A stretch of 64,000 nt of DNA from an uncultured Clostridiaceae bacterium (GTDB lineage Bacteria > Bacillota > Clostridia > Ch29). Below the pieces are notes generated by a model. It made no database searches. It was not told where the DNA came from and was given only the letters and a program-made list of their open reading frames with translations. Numbering within the stretch: the first letter of the stretch is position 1; each line of letters begins with the position of its first letter. The position numbers were made by a program, and so were the translations under genes. The stretch lies in contig CAZDSH010000001.1 of the NCBI GenBank assembly GCA_964508195.1, positions 514-64,513 on the forward strand, read 5' to 3'. Positions 1 to 9,940 of this stretch are shown here, one piece after another.

Positions 1-2014
1 CGCCGATGTTCAATACATCCTCCACCTTTTCCACCCTCCTGTGATCCAGCTTGGATATATGTATCATACCTTCTTTACCCGGGGCGATTTCGACAAAGGC
101 GCCAAAGTTCATGATCCTGAGCACTTTGCCCATATAGAACTCGCCGACCTCCACGTCCTTTACGAGGGTTTCGATGATCTTTAACGCCTCTTCCCCGGAT
201 TCCCTATCCGGCGCGGCAATAAATACCCTTCCATCGTCCTCTATATCTATCTTGACGCCGGTTTCGTCTATTATCCTATTTATGATTCTGCCGCCGGGAC
301 CTATTATGTCGCGTATTTTTTCCGGATCGACGAGGGTCCTTATGATCTTAGGTGCGTAGGGCGATAGCTCTTCCCTAGGCTTTGAAATAACTTCGAGCAT
401 TTTTTGTAGTATATAAAGCCTCCCTAATCGTGCCTGCTCCAGGGCCTCTTTTAACACTTCACGCTTTAGGCCGAATACCTTTATATCCATTTGTACTGCG
501 GTTATACCCTTTTCAGTACCGGCCACTTTGAAGTCCATGTCCCCTAAAAAGTCTTCCATACCCTGTATATCCGACAATATTTGTACCTTCCCCTCGTCCA
601 TCATAAGGCCCATAGCTATACCCGCCACTGGTGCCTTTATAGGTACGCCGGCATCCATTAGCGCAAGGGTACTCCCGCAGACGCTTGCCTGGGAAGAGGA
701 ACCGTTAGAACTCAGTATCTCCGAAACGAGGCGTATCGTATAAGGGAATTCTTCCTCGCTAGGTATAACCGGTTCGAGGGCCCTTTCCGCTAATGCGCCA
801 TGGCCTATTTCCCTGCGTCCGGGACCCCTTAAAAACCGCGTTTCACCTACGCTATAGGGCGGGAAATTGTAATGATGCATATATCTTTTAAACTCCTCAA
901 GGCCTAGCCCGTCCAGTATTTGTACATCCCCCATAGCGCCTAGGGTAGCTATTGTAAGGGCCTGGGTCTGACCCCGGGTAAACAAACCGGAACCGTGGGC
1001 CCTGGGCAATAAACCCACTTCGCAGGCTATAGGCCTTATCTCATCGGGTTTCCTATCATCGGGTCTTTTGCTTTCTTCGAGGATCAGCCTTCGCACTTCT
1101 TCCCTTATGATGTTATACAATACATCGGATATTTGTGCAGCGTTTTCCGGATATTTTTCTTCAAAATATTCCAGGGTCTCTTCCTTAACCCGGTCTATAT
1201 TTTCGTTCCGTTGCAGTTTTTCTATAGTTAGTATAGCGGAAACAAGTCGAGGTGTTGCATAATCCCTAACTTCCTTTTCTAGCTCCGGATCAATTTCTTC
1301 TATGTCTATATCCATTTTTTCTTTTCCTATTTCCGCTACGATCCCTTCTATAAACTGTACTATTTTTTTGATTTCCGAATGGCCGAACATAATAGCGTCA
1401 AGCATAACCCCTTCGGAAACTTCATTGGCTCCGGCCTCCACCATCATAACGGCATCCTTTGTTCCCGATACTATGAGGTTCAATATGCTTTGTTCTTTCT
1501 GTTCGATGGTGGGATTAAGTATTAACCCATCATCAATGAACCCAACCTCTACGGAACCTGTGGGCCCAAAGAACGGTATCGGCGATATGGAAAGGGCTAC
1601 CGATGAGCCGATCATAGCTGCAATCTCCGGCGAATTATCCCGATCCACGGACAGGACGGTAGCTATAACCTGTACATCGTTCCTAAATCCTTCGGGGAAT
1701 AGCGGTCTTAGGGGCCTATCGATCAACCGTGAAGTTAGTATTGCTTTCTCCGTAGGCCTTCCTTCTCTTTTTATAAATCCGCCGGGTATTTTTCCTACGG
1801 AGTATAATTTTTCTTCGTAGTCACAGCTTAGGGGAAAGAAGTCTATTCCTTCCCTGGGCTGTTCCGATGCTGTGGCCGTTACGAGTACGGCGGTGTCGCC
1901 ATATCTTACTAATACTGATCCGCCGGCCTGTTCAGCCATTTTACCTGTTTCTATGACGAGTTCCCTTCCAGCTAATTGCAGGCTAAAAGTTTTCATATCA
2001 TACAGTTTCTCCAT
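1..2014 (-). CDS. pnp: polynucleotide phosphorylase (PNPase); C-terminal end lies beyond the window edge
   Basis: My own minus-strand translation from ATG 2014 (GGAGG at 2021-2025, 6-nt spacer) gives [44 protein letters not shown]... It runs through the RNase PH repeats and the KH domain ([15 protein letters not shown]) into the S1 domain ([15 protein letters not shown]). It is absent from the ORF track because no stop codon falls inside the window. Confidence 0.95.
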   Translation of the reverse strand, partial: MEKLYDMKTFSLQLAGRELVIETGKMAEQAGGSVLVRYGDTAVLVTATASEQPREGIDFFPLSCDYEEKLYSVGKIPGGFIKREGRPTEKAILTSRLIDRPLRPLFPEGFRNDVQVIATVLSVDRDNSPEIAAMIGSSVALSISPIPFFGPTGSVEVGFIDDGLILNPTIEQKEQSILNLIVSGTKDAVMMVEAGANEVSEGVMLDAIMFGHSEIKKIVQFIEGIVAEIGKEKMDIDIEEIDPELEKEVRDYATPRLVSAILTIEKLQRNENIDRVKEETLEYFEEKYPENAAQISDVLYNIIREEVRRLILEESKRPDDRKPDEIRPIACEVGLLPRAHGSGLFTRGQTQALTIATLGAMGDVQILDGLGLEEFKRYMHHYNFPPYSVGETRFLRGPGRREIGHGALAERALEPVIPSEEEFPYTIRLVSEILSSNGSSSQASVCGSTLALMDAGVPIKAPVAGIAMGLMMDEGKVQILSDIQGMEDFLGDMDFKVAGTEKGITAVQMDIKVFGLKREVLKEALEQARLGRLYILQKMLEVISKPREELSPYAPKIIRTLVDPEKIRDIIGPGGRIINRIIDETGVKIDIEDDGRVFIAAPDRESGEEALKIIETLVKDVEVGEFYMGKVLRIMNFGAFVEIAPGKEGMIHISKLDHRRVEKVEDVLNIG

Positions 2015-2030
2015 GCTATACCTCCTAATC

Positions 2031-2058
2031 AAAAATATGGAGCGGTATAATCCGCCCC
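2031..2058 (-). terminator. rpsO-pnp intergenic stem-loop (attenuator/terminator)
   Basis: Minus-strand RNA reads GGGGCGG-AUUAUA-CCGCUCC (7 bp including one G-U), followed by AUAUUUUUG. It starts 5 nt after the rpsO stop and ends just before the pnp SD. Confidence 0.55.
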
Positions 2059-2062
2059 ATTA

Positions 2063-2332
2063 TTATTTCCTCAAGCCTAATTGCCCTATCAAGCTCCTGT
2101 ATCTTTCTATATCCTTTTCCTTTAAATAATTCAGAAGTCCCCGTCTTTTACCTACCATTTTTAAGAGTCCCCGTCTTGAATGATGATCTTTTTTGTTAAC
2201 CTTTAGATGTTCATTAAGTTGGTTTATTCTTTTCGTTAATATTGCAATTTGCACTTCTGGTGACCCGGTATCCTTTTCATGAATTTTGTACTCGTCTATT
2301 ATTCGCTGTTTTTCCTCGTTAGCCAACATCAT
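2063..2332 (-). CDS. rpsO: 30S ribosomal protein S15
   Basis: 89 aa with the typical S15 sequence ...[48 protein letters not shown]... GGAGGTGA lies upstream. The second Met (2329) is an equally possible start. Confidence 0.95.
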   Translation of the reverse strand: MMLANEEKQRIIDEYKIHEKDTGSPEVQIAILTKRINQLNEHLKVNKKDHHSRRGLLKMVGKRRGLLNYLKEKDIERYRSLIGQLGLRK

Positions 2333-2417
2333 TTCACCTCCTTGGGTATTAGCCCCCTAAACCAAGTAAAAGGCCGGAGGTTCCTTTAACCTAGTCTAAG
2401 GTTCAAATAGCACTATA

Positions 2418-2447
2418 ATAGTATCATAAGTATAATAGGTTTGTAAA
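2418..2447 (-). promoter_or_regulatory. candidate sigma-A promoter for rpsO (TTTACA-N18-TACTAT), followed by a ~85-nt leader
   Basis: Minus-strand TTTACA at 2447-2442 and TACTAT at 2423-2418. The leader contains small hairpins (AACCU..AGGUU; CUUGG..CCAAG abutting the SD), consistent with S15 autoregulatory leaders. By-eye call only. Confidence 0.3.
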
Positions 2448-2490
2448 CATTAACCTGGGCGGTTTTGATACATTATTTAATTTATTTGGA

Positions 2491-3372
2491 TTAATCTTCA
2501 AGACTTTTGATGTCCGATTCAATTTGTTTTTTTAATTCCTCCCTATTGCGAAACTTTTTCTCCTCCCTTATCCTTCCAAAAAATTCTATCGTTATATATA
2601 GACCGTATATATCTTCCCTCAGACCGTATATATAGGTTTCTATACTTAGGGTTTTATCGTCGTTAAAAGTAGGGTTTAATCCGATATTTGTTATGCTTTT
2701 ATACCTCTTTGAACCTATTTGCGTACCTGTGGCATAAACCCCCCGGGCGGGACACAGCACCCCATCAGGCGGCCTAATATTCGCAGTAGGCGCACCTAAC
2801 CCGTTACCCCGACCCTTACCCTTTATTATTTTTCCCGAGATTCTATAGTTCATGCCCAGGCATTGGTTTACCTTTTTTATATTGCCCTCTTTAAGCAGAC
2901 GACGTACATAGCTACTACTTATCAGTTGGCCTTCCAGTCTTACGGGTTTTAAAACGTCTATATCTATTTTTTTATCTGCGGCATACTTTTTAAGAAGATA
3001 GGCGTCCCCTTTACCCCCTAATCCGAATCTATAGTTAAACCCCACTACACCGTACTTTAGATCATATTTTAACAAAAGATAATCGAAGAACTGTTTAGGT
3101 GTCATCTGGGATATCCCCCTATCAAAGGGAATCATCTCCACATGATCTACGCCGAGATCGCACAGCATCTTATACTTCTCCCGGGGTGGGTAAATCAATG
3201 GAATAGGGCGGTTTTTATTAATTACGTTTTGCGGATGTTCCTCGAAGGTGAGTACCATCGTTCTTAAGCCTAGTTTATCACTTTTCCTGCGCAACCTATT
3301 TATCAGTTTACGATGTCCTACATGTATACCATCAAAATAACCTAGGGTTATTCCCCAGCCAGTTGAGTTCAT
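2491..3372 (-). CDS. ribF: bifunctional riboflavin kinase / FAD synthetase
   Basis: 293 aa. N-terminal nucleotidyltransferase HxGH motif (GYFDGIHVGHRKLI) and C-terminal riboflavin kinase motif (GKGRGNGLGAPTANI). Confidence 0.93.
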   Translation of the reverse strand: MNSTGWGITLGYFDGIHVGHRKLINRLRRKSDKLGLRTMVLTFEEHPQNVINKNRPIPLIYPPREKYKMLCDLGVDHVEMIPFDRGISQMTPKQFFDYLLLKYDLKYGVVGFNYRFGLGGKGDAYLLKKYAADKKIDIDVLKPVRLEGQLISSSYVRRLLKEGNIKKVNQCLGMNYRISGKIIKGKGRGNGLGAPTANIRPPDGVLCPARGVYATGTQIGSKRYKSITNIGLNPTFNDDKTLSIETYIYGLREDIYGLYITIEFFGRIREEKKFRNREELKKQIESDIKSLED

Positions 3373-3384
3373 ATATATTCCCCT

Positions 3385-4341
3385 TCATGTTTGTTCATTA
3401 AGCTCCTTCGGTGTCCTTGCGCCGGTTAGCATACATTTGAGTTTTATTCGTATATTTTCTCCATCCCTCGTACAGATGCCAAGCCCTATGAATATTTTGT
3501 TATAATATAGCCTTACTAATTGTCCCTGGGTAAAACCACTTATATCCGATAGGAAATTATGGGGATATAAAGGATTACCGTTTAGGAAATATTTCAGTGC
3601 ATCCCCACGAACCGATGCCTTTTTTATATGATGTAACGGATAGTCAAGGGGCAATATTAACCCCGTAAAATCCTTATTCTTTGCCGCTATAATTAGCTCT
3701 TCCACGGTAACTGCATGTTCTAGGGTAAATGCTCCGGAAAGCAGCCGCACTAGGTAAGACATTATAGCACCATAACCGGATTTAACCCCCATATCATGGC
3801 ATAACGTCCTTATATATGTACCCTTAGAACATTCTATGTCGATAATGGCCCTGTTAGGGGGAAAAAAATCTACTAAATCTATGGCGTATATCTCAATATT
3901 TCTTGGTTTTCGTTCAACTTCTAACCCTTTTCTAGCTAACTCGTATAATCTTCTGCCCCCCCGTTTTACTGCAGAATGCATAGGGGGTATCTGTTGCAAG
4001 GGCCCTAGAAACCCGCTAATTAGTTCCCTGATATCCTGTTCCGCCAATTCTGCAGGCACTTTACGCAAAATTTTGCCATAGCTGTCCTGTGTATCGGTTG
4101 TCGTACCAAAGGTTATCTCCGCTCTATACTTTCTTTTTGACTGTGTAACGAACTGGGATAGTTTTGTTCCCCTGCCGAGGCATACGGGTAACACACCGGC
4201 TGCACCGGGGTCAAGGGTACCGGTATGCCCCACTTTTTTCGCCCCGGTTAACATCTTTATTTTATTTATCGCCTGAAAGGACGTGGGTCCTGTAGGTTTT
4301 AAAAAATTTAAAAATCCATCCATGTTTTTTACCCATAACAT
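3385..4341 (-). CDS. truB: tRNA pseudouridine(55) synthase
   Basis: Catalytic-Asp motif GHTGTLDPGAAGVLPVCLG, with a PUA-like C-terminus. The true start may be the Met at 4323 (MDGFLNFLKP). Confidence 0.93.
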   Translation of the reverse strand: MLWVKNMDGFLNFLKPTGPTSFQAINKIKMLTGAKKVGHTGTLDPGAAGVLPVCLGRGTKLSQFVTQSKRKYRAEITFGTTTDTQDSYGKILRKVPAELAEQDIRELISGFLGPLQQIPPMHSAVKRGGRRLYELARKGLEVERKPRNIEIYAIDLVDFFPPNRAIIDIECSKGTYIRTLCHDMGVKSGYGAIMSYLVRLLSGAFTLEHAVTVEELIIAAKNKDFTGLILPLDYPLHHIKKASVRGDALKYFLNGNPLYPHNFLSDISGFTQGQLVRLYYNKIFIGLGICTRDGENIRIKLKCMLTGARTPKELNEQT

Positions 4342-5309
4342 TTCCCTATTTTTTTAACAAGCTTATTTATGGCATCCTCTATTGGACCTTTAGTCGTGTA
4401 ACCCGAGGCTTTTTTATGACCACCGCCGCCGAAGGCCTTGGCGATGGATACAGTGTCTATATATTCGTTGGATCTAAGGCTTACCTTTATGTCGTCATCC
4501 TCTGCATCCCTTAGGAAAGCTGCGACTTCGATGCCTTCAATATCCCGGGCGAATTCGATTATGCCCTCTAAATCCTCTGTAGTGCACCCAGCCTCCTCCA
4601 TCATCGATTCGGTTACGACCATGATAGCGGTCCTTCCGCCATGATGTATCTGGATTCCCTCTATTGCTTTACCCAATATCTTCGTCTGGGCCAGAGTCCT
4701 TAGATTAAAAATACGATTACAAATCCTATTTGCATCCACGCCGATGGCTATTAATTCGCCGGCGATACCATGGGTAACAGAGGTGGTGTTATCATACTTA
4801 AAACAACCGGTATCCGCAGCGATTGCCGTAAATATACATTCCGCCGTATCTAAGTTCAAATCCAAGCCCATTAGTTTAATAATACGGTGTATCAGTTCGC
4901 CTGTAGCCGCCGCGTTAGTATCTACAAGGTTTAGATTACCAAACATCGTATTGCTTATATGATGATCAATATTTAATACTAATTTTGCTCCGTGGTAATA
5001 GGACTTGCCACATCCGAGCCTTTCCAGGTCAGCACAATCCAATGCCACCAGTATATCCACGGCCTCAATCGTCCCTGAACAACTTTCCATAAGATGAAGC
5101 CCCGGTAAAAATGAATATTTCGCCGGCAGTTTATCGTTCCTCAGGATGACGACATCTTTGCCCAGTTCCTCCAGGGCAAGGCCTAAGGCTAAAGACGAGC
5201 CTAGGGCATCGCCATCGGGTTGCACATGGGTAATGATCCCTATGTTACTGCCCCCTTTGAGGCACTTTATTATATCAGTTAGTATCATTTTCTTTGCCGG
5301 TCCCCTCAT
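4329..5309 (-). CDS. nrnA: DHH/DHHA1 phosphoesterase (NrnA-type oligoribonuclease/pAp phosphatase)
   Basis: DHH motifs DGDALGS and NIDHHISN, plus the DHHA1 motif GGGGHKKASG. It holds the conserved position between rbfA and truB. Confidence 0.85.
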   Translation of the reverse strand: MRGPAKKMILTDIIKCLKGGSNIGIITHVQPDGDALGSSLALGLALEELGKDVVILRNDKLPAKYSFLPGLHLMESCSGTIEAVDILVALDCADLERLGCGKSYYHGAKLVLNIDHHISNTMFGNLNLVDTNAAATGELIHRIIKLMGLDLNLDTAECIFTAIAADTGCFKYDNTTSVTHGIAGELIAIGVDANRICNRIFNLRTLAQTKILGKAIEGIQIHHGGRTAIMVVTESMMEEAGCTTEDLEGIIEFARDIEGIEVAAFLRDAEDDDIKVSLRSNEYIDTVSIAKAFGGGGHKKASGYTTKGPIEDAINKLVKKIGKCYG

Positions 5310-5649
5310 TTTTCATTACTTTTTTTAATAGTTTATCAATATGGGAACTATATTCTATGGAATCATCCGCCATAAAACTGATCTCGGGGACGCCCCTTAA
5401 TTTCAGCCTGCCGCCTAGCTCTCTTTTAACAAACCCCTTAGCCCTTTCCAGGCCTTCCAGTGCATCTTGTTTTTCTTTATCGCTACCTAATAGGCTGACA
5501 TAGATCTTTGCATAGCTTAAATCCCTGCTAACCCGTACTTGGGTGATGCTTAAAAGTTCTGTTATTCTTGGGTCCTTTACGCCATTTCGCAGGATATCAC
5601 TTACCTCCCGTTTTATCTCTTCAGAAAGTCTTTGGGCTCTCCTGTTCAT
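5275..5649 (-). CDS. rbfA: ribosome-binding factor A
   Basis: I trimmed the track ORF to the Met at 5649 (MNRRAQRLSEEIKREVSDIL...), which removes the overlap with infB. RbfA core RVSRDLSYAKIYVS. Confidence 0.9.
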   Translation of the reverse strand: MNRRAQRLSEEIKREVSDILRNGVKDPRITELLSITQVRVSRDLSYAKIYVSLLGSDKEKQDALEGLERAKGFVKRELGGRLKLRGVPEISFMADDSIEYSSHIDKLLKKVMKNEGTGKENDTN

Positions 5650-5662
5650 AAAATCACCTTTC

Positions 5663-7690
5663 CTATCTCGGGATCTCCTGATCAACGAAACATTCCAGTA
5701 TATCCCCTTCTTTTATATCATTGAAGGCTTCTACGCTTATCCCACATTCGTATCCCTGGGTAACTTCCCTTACGTCGTCCTTGAATCTTTTAAGGGATTC
5801 CAGCTTTCCTTCAAATACAACTATGCCGTCCCGAACTACCCTTATGCCGCTGTTACGTTGGATTTTGCCCTCTAGCACGTAACACCCTGCTATAGTACCT
5901 ATAGCGGAAACTTTAAATAGCGCCCTAACTTCGGCTTTCCCGGCTACAACTTCCTTGTACTTCGGATCTAGCATCCCCTTTATTGCGGCCTCAAGGTCGT
6001 TTATCGCATCATAGATGATTCTGTAGGTCCTTATATCTACTTTTTCATGGTTTGCCATCTGTACCGCTTTGCTATCCGGCCTTACGTTAAAGCCGATCAC
6101 TATAGCATTTGAAGCTGCTGCCAGCATTATATCCGTTTCGGTAATAGCACCAACGCCGCCATGTATAGATTTTATGCGCACCTCGTCGTTGCTGAGCTTT
6201 TCTATGGATTGTCTTAGCGCCTCTATCGACCCATGCACATCGGCTTTAACTATGATGTTAAGCTCCTTGACCTTGCCTTCCTTTATTTGGTCGAATAGAT
6301 CCTCCAGGGTTATTCTCTTAGAGGATCTTAATAATGTATCACGGATCCTTTCCTTACGCTCCTGGGCTATGTGTCTTGCTGTTCTATCGTCCTCGGTTAC
6401 TACGAGCATATCCCCCGCACCGGGCACCTCGGAAAGTCCGATGACTTCAACAGGTGTGGAGGGCCCTGCTTTTTGTATCCTCTTGCCATCATCATCAGCC
6501 ATAGCACGGACCTTTCCGTAGGCGGCACCTACCACTATGGAGTCCCCTATCCTGAGGGTACCTTTTTGTACTAGTACTGTTGCAACAGGGCCCCTTCCTC
6601 GATCAAGCTTTGCTTCGACTACGACACCTACGGCATTCCTGTCGGGATTTGCCCTAAGGTCCTGTATATCCGCCACTAAGAGTATCATTTCCAGGAGATC
6701 GTCTATGCCCTCCCCCGTATGGGCGGACACTAATACCCCTACGGTATCGCCACCCCATTCTTCAAGGATGAGCCCCTGGTCTGCAAGCTCTTGTTTCACC
6801 CTGTCGGGGTTTGCAGAGGGTTTATCTATTTTATTAATTGCCACTATAAGGGACACATCGGCGGCCCGGACGTGGTTTATGGCTTCTATGGTCTGGGGCA
6901 TAACACCGTCATCCGCGGCTACTACCAATACCGCTATATCCGTTACCTGGGCGCCCCTTGCCCTCATCGCAGTGAAGGCTTCATGACCCGGTGTATCCAG
7001 GAACACTATTTCCCTCTTTTCAATTTGGACCTTATACGCACCGATGTGCTGTGTTATGCCCCCTGCTTCTTCCTCCGTTACCTTCGTCTTTCTTATCCTA
7101 TCAAGAAGCGACGTCTTTCCGTGGTCCACATGCCCCATTACGGTAACCACGGGGGATCTAGGTAACATCTTAGAAGGATCTTCCTTTTCCTCCGCTAGGT
7201 AATCCTCTTCTATATCGTATTCTTTTATTAGAACTTCGAACCCAAATTCCCTGCCTATATCAGCGGCAACACTGCCGTCTATATTTTGGTTAAGGCCTGC
7301 CATTATGCCAAGGGGTATAAGTTTTTTTATGATCTGGGTAGCCGGTACTTTAAGTATCGCAGCTAAACCGTTTACGGTGATCTTTTCATCTATTTCTACA
7401 ACTTTTTTGTCCCTAGGTTTACTCTTTTTAACCATCACCCCGGGCTGACCCTTTTTATCAATACTTTTTTTTGCTCCCTCGGGTTTGGTTTTCGGTTTTT
7501 TTTGTTTCACGGAGCCCTTATCCTCTTCTCGCCCTTCTTTTAACAGTTCCTTTACGGTATTTGCTTCCTTTTCGTTTATGGTGCTCATATGACTTTTGAT
7601 CTCAACGCCTAATTCGGACAATATTACCATTAACTCCTTACTTGACAGTTGTAATTGTTTTGCCAGTTCATACACCCTAATCCTTGCCAT
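5663..7690 (-). CDS. infB: translation initiation factor IF-2
   Basis: GTPase motifs [20 protein letters not shown] and NKID, with N-terminus [11 protein letters not shown]. Start set at ATG 7690, 5 nt after GGGGGTGA. The track ORF begins at an upstream GTG. Confidence 0.96.
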   Translation of the reverse strand: MARIRVYELAKQLQLSSKELMVILSELGVEIKSHMSTINEKEANTVKELLKEGREEDKGSVKQKKPKTKPEGAKKSIDKKGQPGVMVKKSKPRDKKVVEIDEKITVNGLAAILKVPATQIIKKLIPLGIMAGLNQNIDGSVAADIGREFGFEVLIKEYDIEEDYLAEEKEDPSKMLPRSPVVTVMGHVDHGKTSLLDRIRKTKVTEEEAGGITQHIGAYKVQIEKREIVFLDTPGHEAFTAMRARGAQVTDIAVLVVAADDGVMPQTIEAINHVRAADVSLIVAINKIDKPSANPDRVKQELADQGLILEEWGGDTVGVLVSAHTGEGIDDLLEMILLVADIQDLRANPDRNAVGVVVEAKLDRGRGPVATVLVQKGTLRIGDSIVVGAAYGKVRAMADDDGKRIQKAGPSTPVEVIGLSEVPGAGDMLVVTEDDRTARHIAQERKERIRDTLLRSSKRITLEDLFDQIKEGKVKELNIIVKADVHGSIEALRQSIEKLSNDEVRIKSIHGGVGAITETDIMLAAASNAIVIGFNVRPDSKAVQMANHEKVDIRTYRIIYDAINDLEAAIKGMLDPKYKEVVAGKAEVRALFKVSAIGTIAGCYVLEGKIQRNSGIRVVRDGIVVFEGKLESLKRFKDDVREVTQGYECGISVEAFNDIKEGDILECFVDQEIPR

Positions 7691-7776
7691 ACCCTTCACC
7701 CCCTGCTATAATTCCTGTTACCTAACGCTTAACCTGGAAACCTTTGTTGTAATACATTCCGATTTCGATCCCGTAA

Positions 7777-8043
7777 TTAAGGTAATTCCTCCTCTAGGAG
7801 CGTATAAATTTTTTCATCTATTTTTGTGCCAAGGGATCTCTCTAACCTTTTAGTTTTGCGGGCAATGTTTAAACACGTCTTATTGGGACATACGTATGCT
7901 CCCCTGCCCGATTTTTTGCCGGTTTTATCTATAGATATTTCCCCTTTTTTATTTTTAACTACCCTGATCATATCCCGTTTTGGTTTTAGCTGTTGACACC
8001 CGAGACATAAACGAATAGGCACTTTTTTAACTTTCAACGGCAA
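7777..8043 (-). CDS. ylxR: YlxR/DUF448 family RNA-binding protein
   Basis: 88 aa with RLCLGCQQ..KRDMIRVV and GRGAYVC. It holds the conserved position between nusA and infB. Confidence 0.85.
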   Translation of the reverse strand: MPLKVKKVPIRLCLGCQQLKPKRDMIRVVKNKKGEISIDKTGKKSGRGAYVCPNKTCLNIARKTKRLERSLGTKIDEKIYTLLEEELP

Positions 8044-8049
8044 TCACCT

Positions 8050-9279
8050 CTATTCGGTATCTTCAATAATCCCATTCGGCTCTATGCCATCCCCATCATC
8101 GTCGTCATCGTCATCGTTTCCAATATCCCCAGTTGATCCGGCATCGCCCCGGATACTTATATCCTGTTCGGCATCGCCTTTGGGATCGTTTTCAGTATCA
8201 TCAATATCTTTTGCCGGCTCTATAATACCCTCGGTATCAGCGGCACTTTCTATTTGGTCTTCGCTTTTTATATCGATTCGCCAACCGGTAATCTTAGCCG
8301 CAAGCCTTGCGTTTTGGCCCTCTTTACCGATAGCTAAGGATAATTGATATTCTTTTACTACCACCGTAGCGGATTTTTGTTCCTCGTCGGTAGTTACCCC
8401 TAGTACCTTAGCGGGGCTTAAGGAGTTTGCAATAAACTCATTGACGTCATCGCTCCATTTGATAATATCTATTTTTTCGCCCCTTAGTTCATTTACTACT
8501 GATTGGACTCTGATGCCCTTAGGCCCGACACAGGCACCTACAGGATCAACGTTTGGATCCATAGAATGGACGGCAATCTTTGTTCTGGCCCCGGCTTCCC
8601 TAGCAATACCTTTTATTTGCACAAGGCCATTATGAATCTCCGGTACTTCTAGCTCGAACAACCTTTTAACAAGGCCCGGGTGCGTCCTTGAAACAATGAT
8701 CTGTGGCCCCTTAGTCGTCTTTTTTACCTCGACTATGTAAACCCTTATTCTGTTTCCCGGCGAGTAATCCTCAGTATGTATCTGTTCAGCGGGGGGAAGT
8801 ATAGCCTCCACCCTTCCAAGATCGATCATCACATTGTTTTTTTCCCATCTTTGGGTCATCCCGTTTATTAGTTCGTTTTCACGGTTTATGAATTCATCGT
8901 ATATAATGCCTCTTTCCGCTTCCCGGATCCTCTGTACTACTACCTGTTTAGCCGTCTGAGCAGCTATACGGCCGAAATTTTTAGGCGTAACCTCTATGTC
9001 CACGATATCGCCTAATTCCGCTGTAGGCGATATTTTACCCGCATCCCGAAGGCTTATTTCAGTGAGATCGTTTTCCGGTTTTTCCATCACGGTCTTCTTA
9101 GAGAACACCCTTATATCACCGGTTTCCGCATCAATGTTTACATCCACATTATGGGATGAGCCGAAATGTTTTTTGTATGCGGAAACAAGGGCAGCCTCTA
9201 TGGCCTCCTTCAGTACCTCCATGCCTATGCCTTTTTCTTTTTCTATTTGTTCCAAAGCCTGGATGAATTCTTGATTCAT
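8050..9279 (-). CDS. nusA: transcription termination/antitermination factor NusA with an acidic C-terminal tail
   Basis: An S1 domain plus two KH domains (GACVGPKGIRVQSV; AIGKEGQNARLAAKITGWRIDI). Start set at ATG 9279 behind GGGAGG. The last ~60 aa are D/E/G-rich, including a run of seven Asp. Confidence 0.95.
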   Translation of the reverse strand: MNQEFIQALEQIEKEKGIGMEVLKEAIEAALVSAYKKHFGSSHNVDVNIDAETGDIRVFSKKTVMEKPENDLTEISLRDAGKISPTAELGDIVDIEVTPKNFGRIAAQTAKQVVVQRIREAERGIIYDEFINRENELINGMTQRWEKNNVMIDLGRVEAILPPAEQIHTEDYSPGNRIRVYIVEVKKTTKGPQIIVSRTHPGLVKRLFELEVPEIHNGLVQIKGIAREAGARTKIAVHSMDPNVDPVGACVGPKGIRVQSVVNELRGEKIDIIKWSDDVNEFIANSLSPAKVLGVTTDEEQKSATVVVKEYQLSLAIGKEGQNARLAAKITGWRIDIKSEDQIESAADTEGIIEPAKDIDDTENDPKGDAEQDISIRGDAGSTGDIGNDDDDDDDGDGIEPNGIIEDTE

Positions 9280-9296
9280 GTGCCTATGACCTCCCA

Positions 9297-9761
9297 TTAA
9301 AACTTAAAAGTAAGCCGGGCGGAAGCAATCTTTTCTTTCTGGAAATGTAGTTCACCCTTTGGTGTATTAAGGGTAACAACTCCGTCCCTTAATCCCATTA
9401 GTATTCCATTGTATTTCTTTTTACCATCTATCGGCGAATAAAGTTTTATGTCTATTTCCCGTCCGGTAAAATGTTCATAATCCCGCTGGGTTTTTAACGG
9501 CCTTTCAACGCCGGGGGAAGATACTTCCAATATGTAGCTATGCTCAATAGGATCCGCATCATCGAGTGCATTGCTCAGTGCCTCACTTATCCTTTGACAA
9601 TCATCCACCGTTACGCCGCCGTCCTTATCCACATATATCCTGAGGTACCAATTAGGCCCCTCCTTTACGTATTCAATATCCACAAGCTCACAGTCAGCCC
9701 CTTTTATAATGGGCATCGCCAATTCTTCTACGGTTTTTTGCAGCTTTGATTTTACCAACAC
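9297..9761 (-). CDS. rimP: ribosome maturation factor RimP
   Basis: 154 aa with the EVSSPGVERPLK motif, immediately upstream of nusA. GTG start behind GGGGAGGG. Confidence 0.88.
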   Translation of the reverse strand: MLVKSKLQKTVEELAMPIIKGADCELVDIEYVKEGPNWYLRIYVDKDGGVTVDDCQRISEALSNALDDADPIEHSYILEVSSPGVERPLKTQRDYEHFTGREIDIKLYSPIDGKKKYNGILMGLRDGVVTLNTPKGELHFQKEKIASARLTFKF

Positions 9762-9850
9762 GGTCCCTCCCCATGTATGTTATGTCAATAACCGATATTT
9801 TTATATTTCCATACATTTAACCTTATTATTCTAAGACTTTTGCCCCGTAT

Positions 9851-9879
9851 AACAGCAAAGAGTGGGTTTTTACCCACTC
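9851..9879 (-). terminator. stem-loop downstream of polC
   Basis: Minus-strand RNA reads GAGUGGGU-AAAA-ACCCACUC (8 bp), followed by UUUGCUGUU. It sits ~60 nt after the polC stop. Confidence 0.55.
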
Positions 9880-9940
9880 CTGCCCCACAGGTATGCACTT
9901 TCTGACCAACAGTTTACCATATACTAAGGATTATTACAAG

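Noticed and set aside
5650-5685. N-terminal extensions in the ORF track for rbfA, infB, nusA, proS, ispG, pyrH, rpsB, cheA, fliG, flgB and the FliK-like gene.
   Set aside because: In each case an internal ATG sits 5-10 nt after a GGAGG-type SD and reproduces the canonical family N-terminus. The upstream start either abuts the SD, lacks one, or overlaps the preceding gene.
7700-7776. The gap where B. subtilis encodes ylxQ (an L7Ae-like protein) between ylxR and infB. I looked for a missed small gene or pseudogene.
   Set aside because: The gap is only 77 nt with no ORF, so the gene is simply absent.
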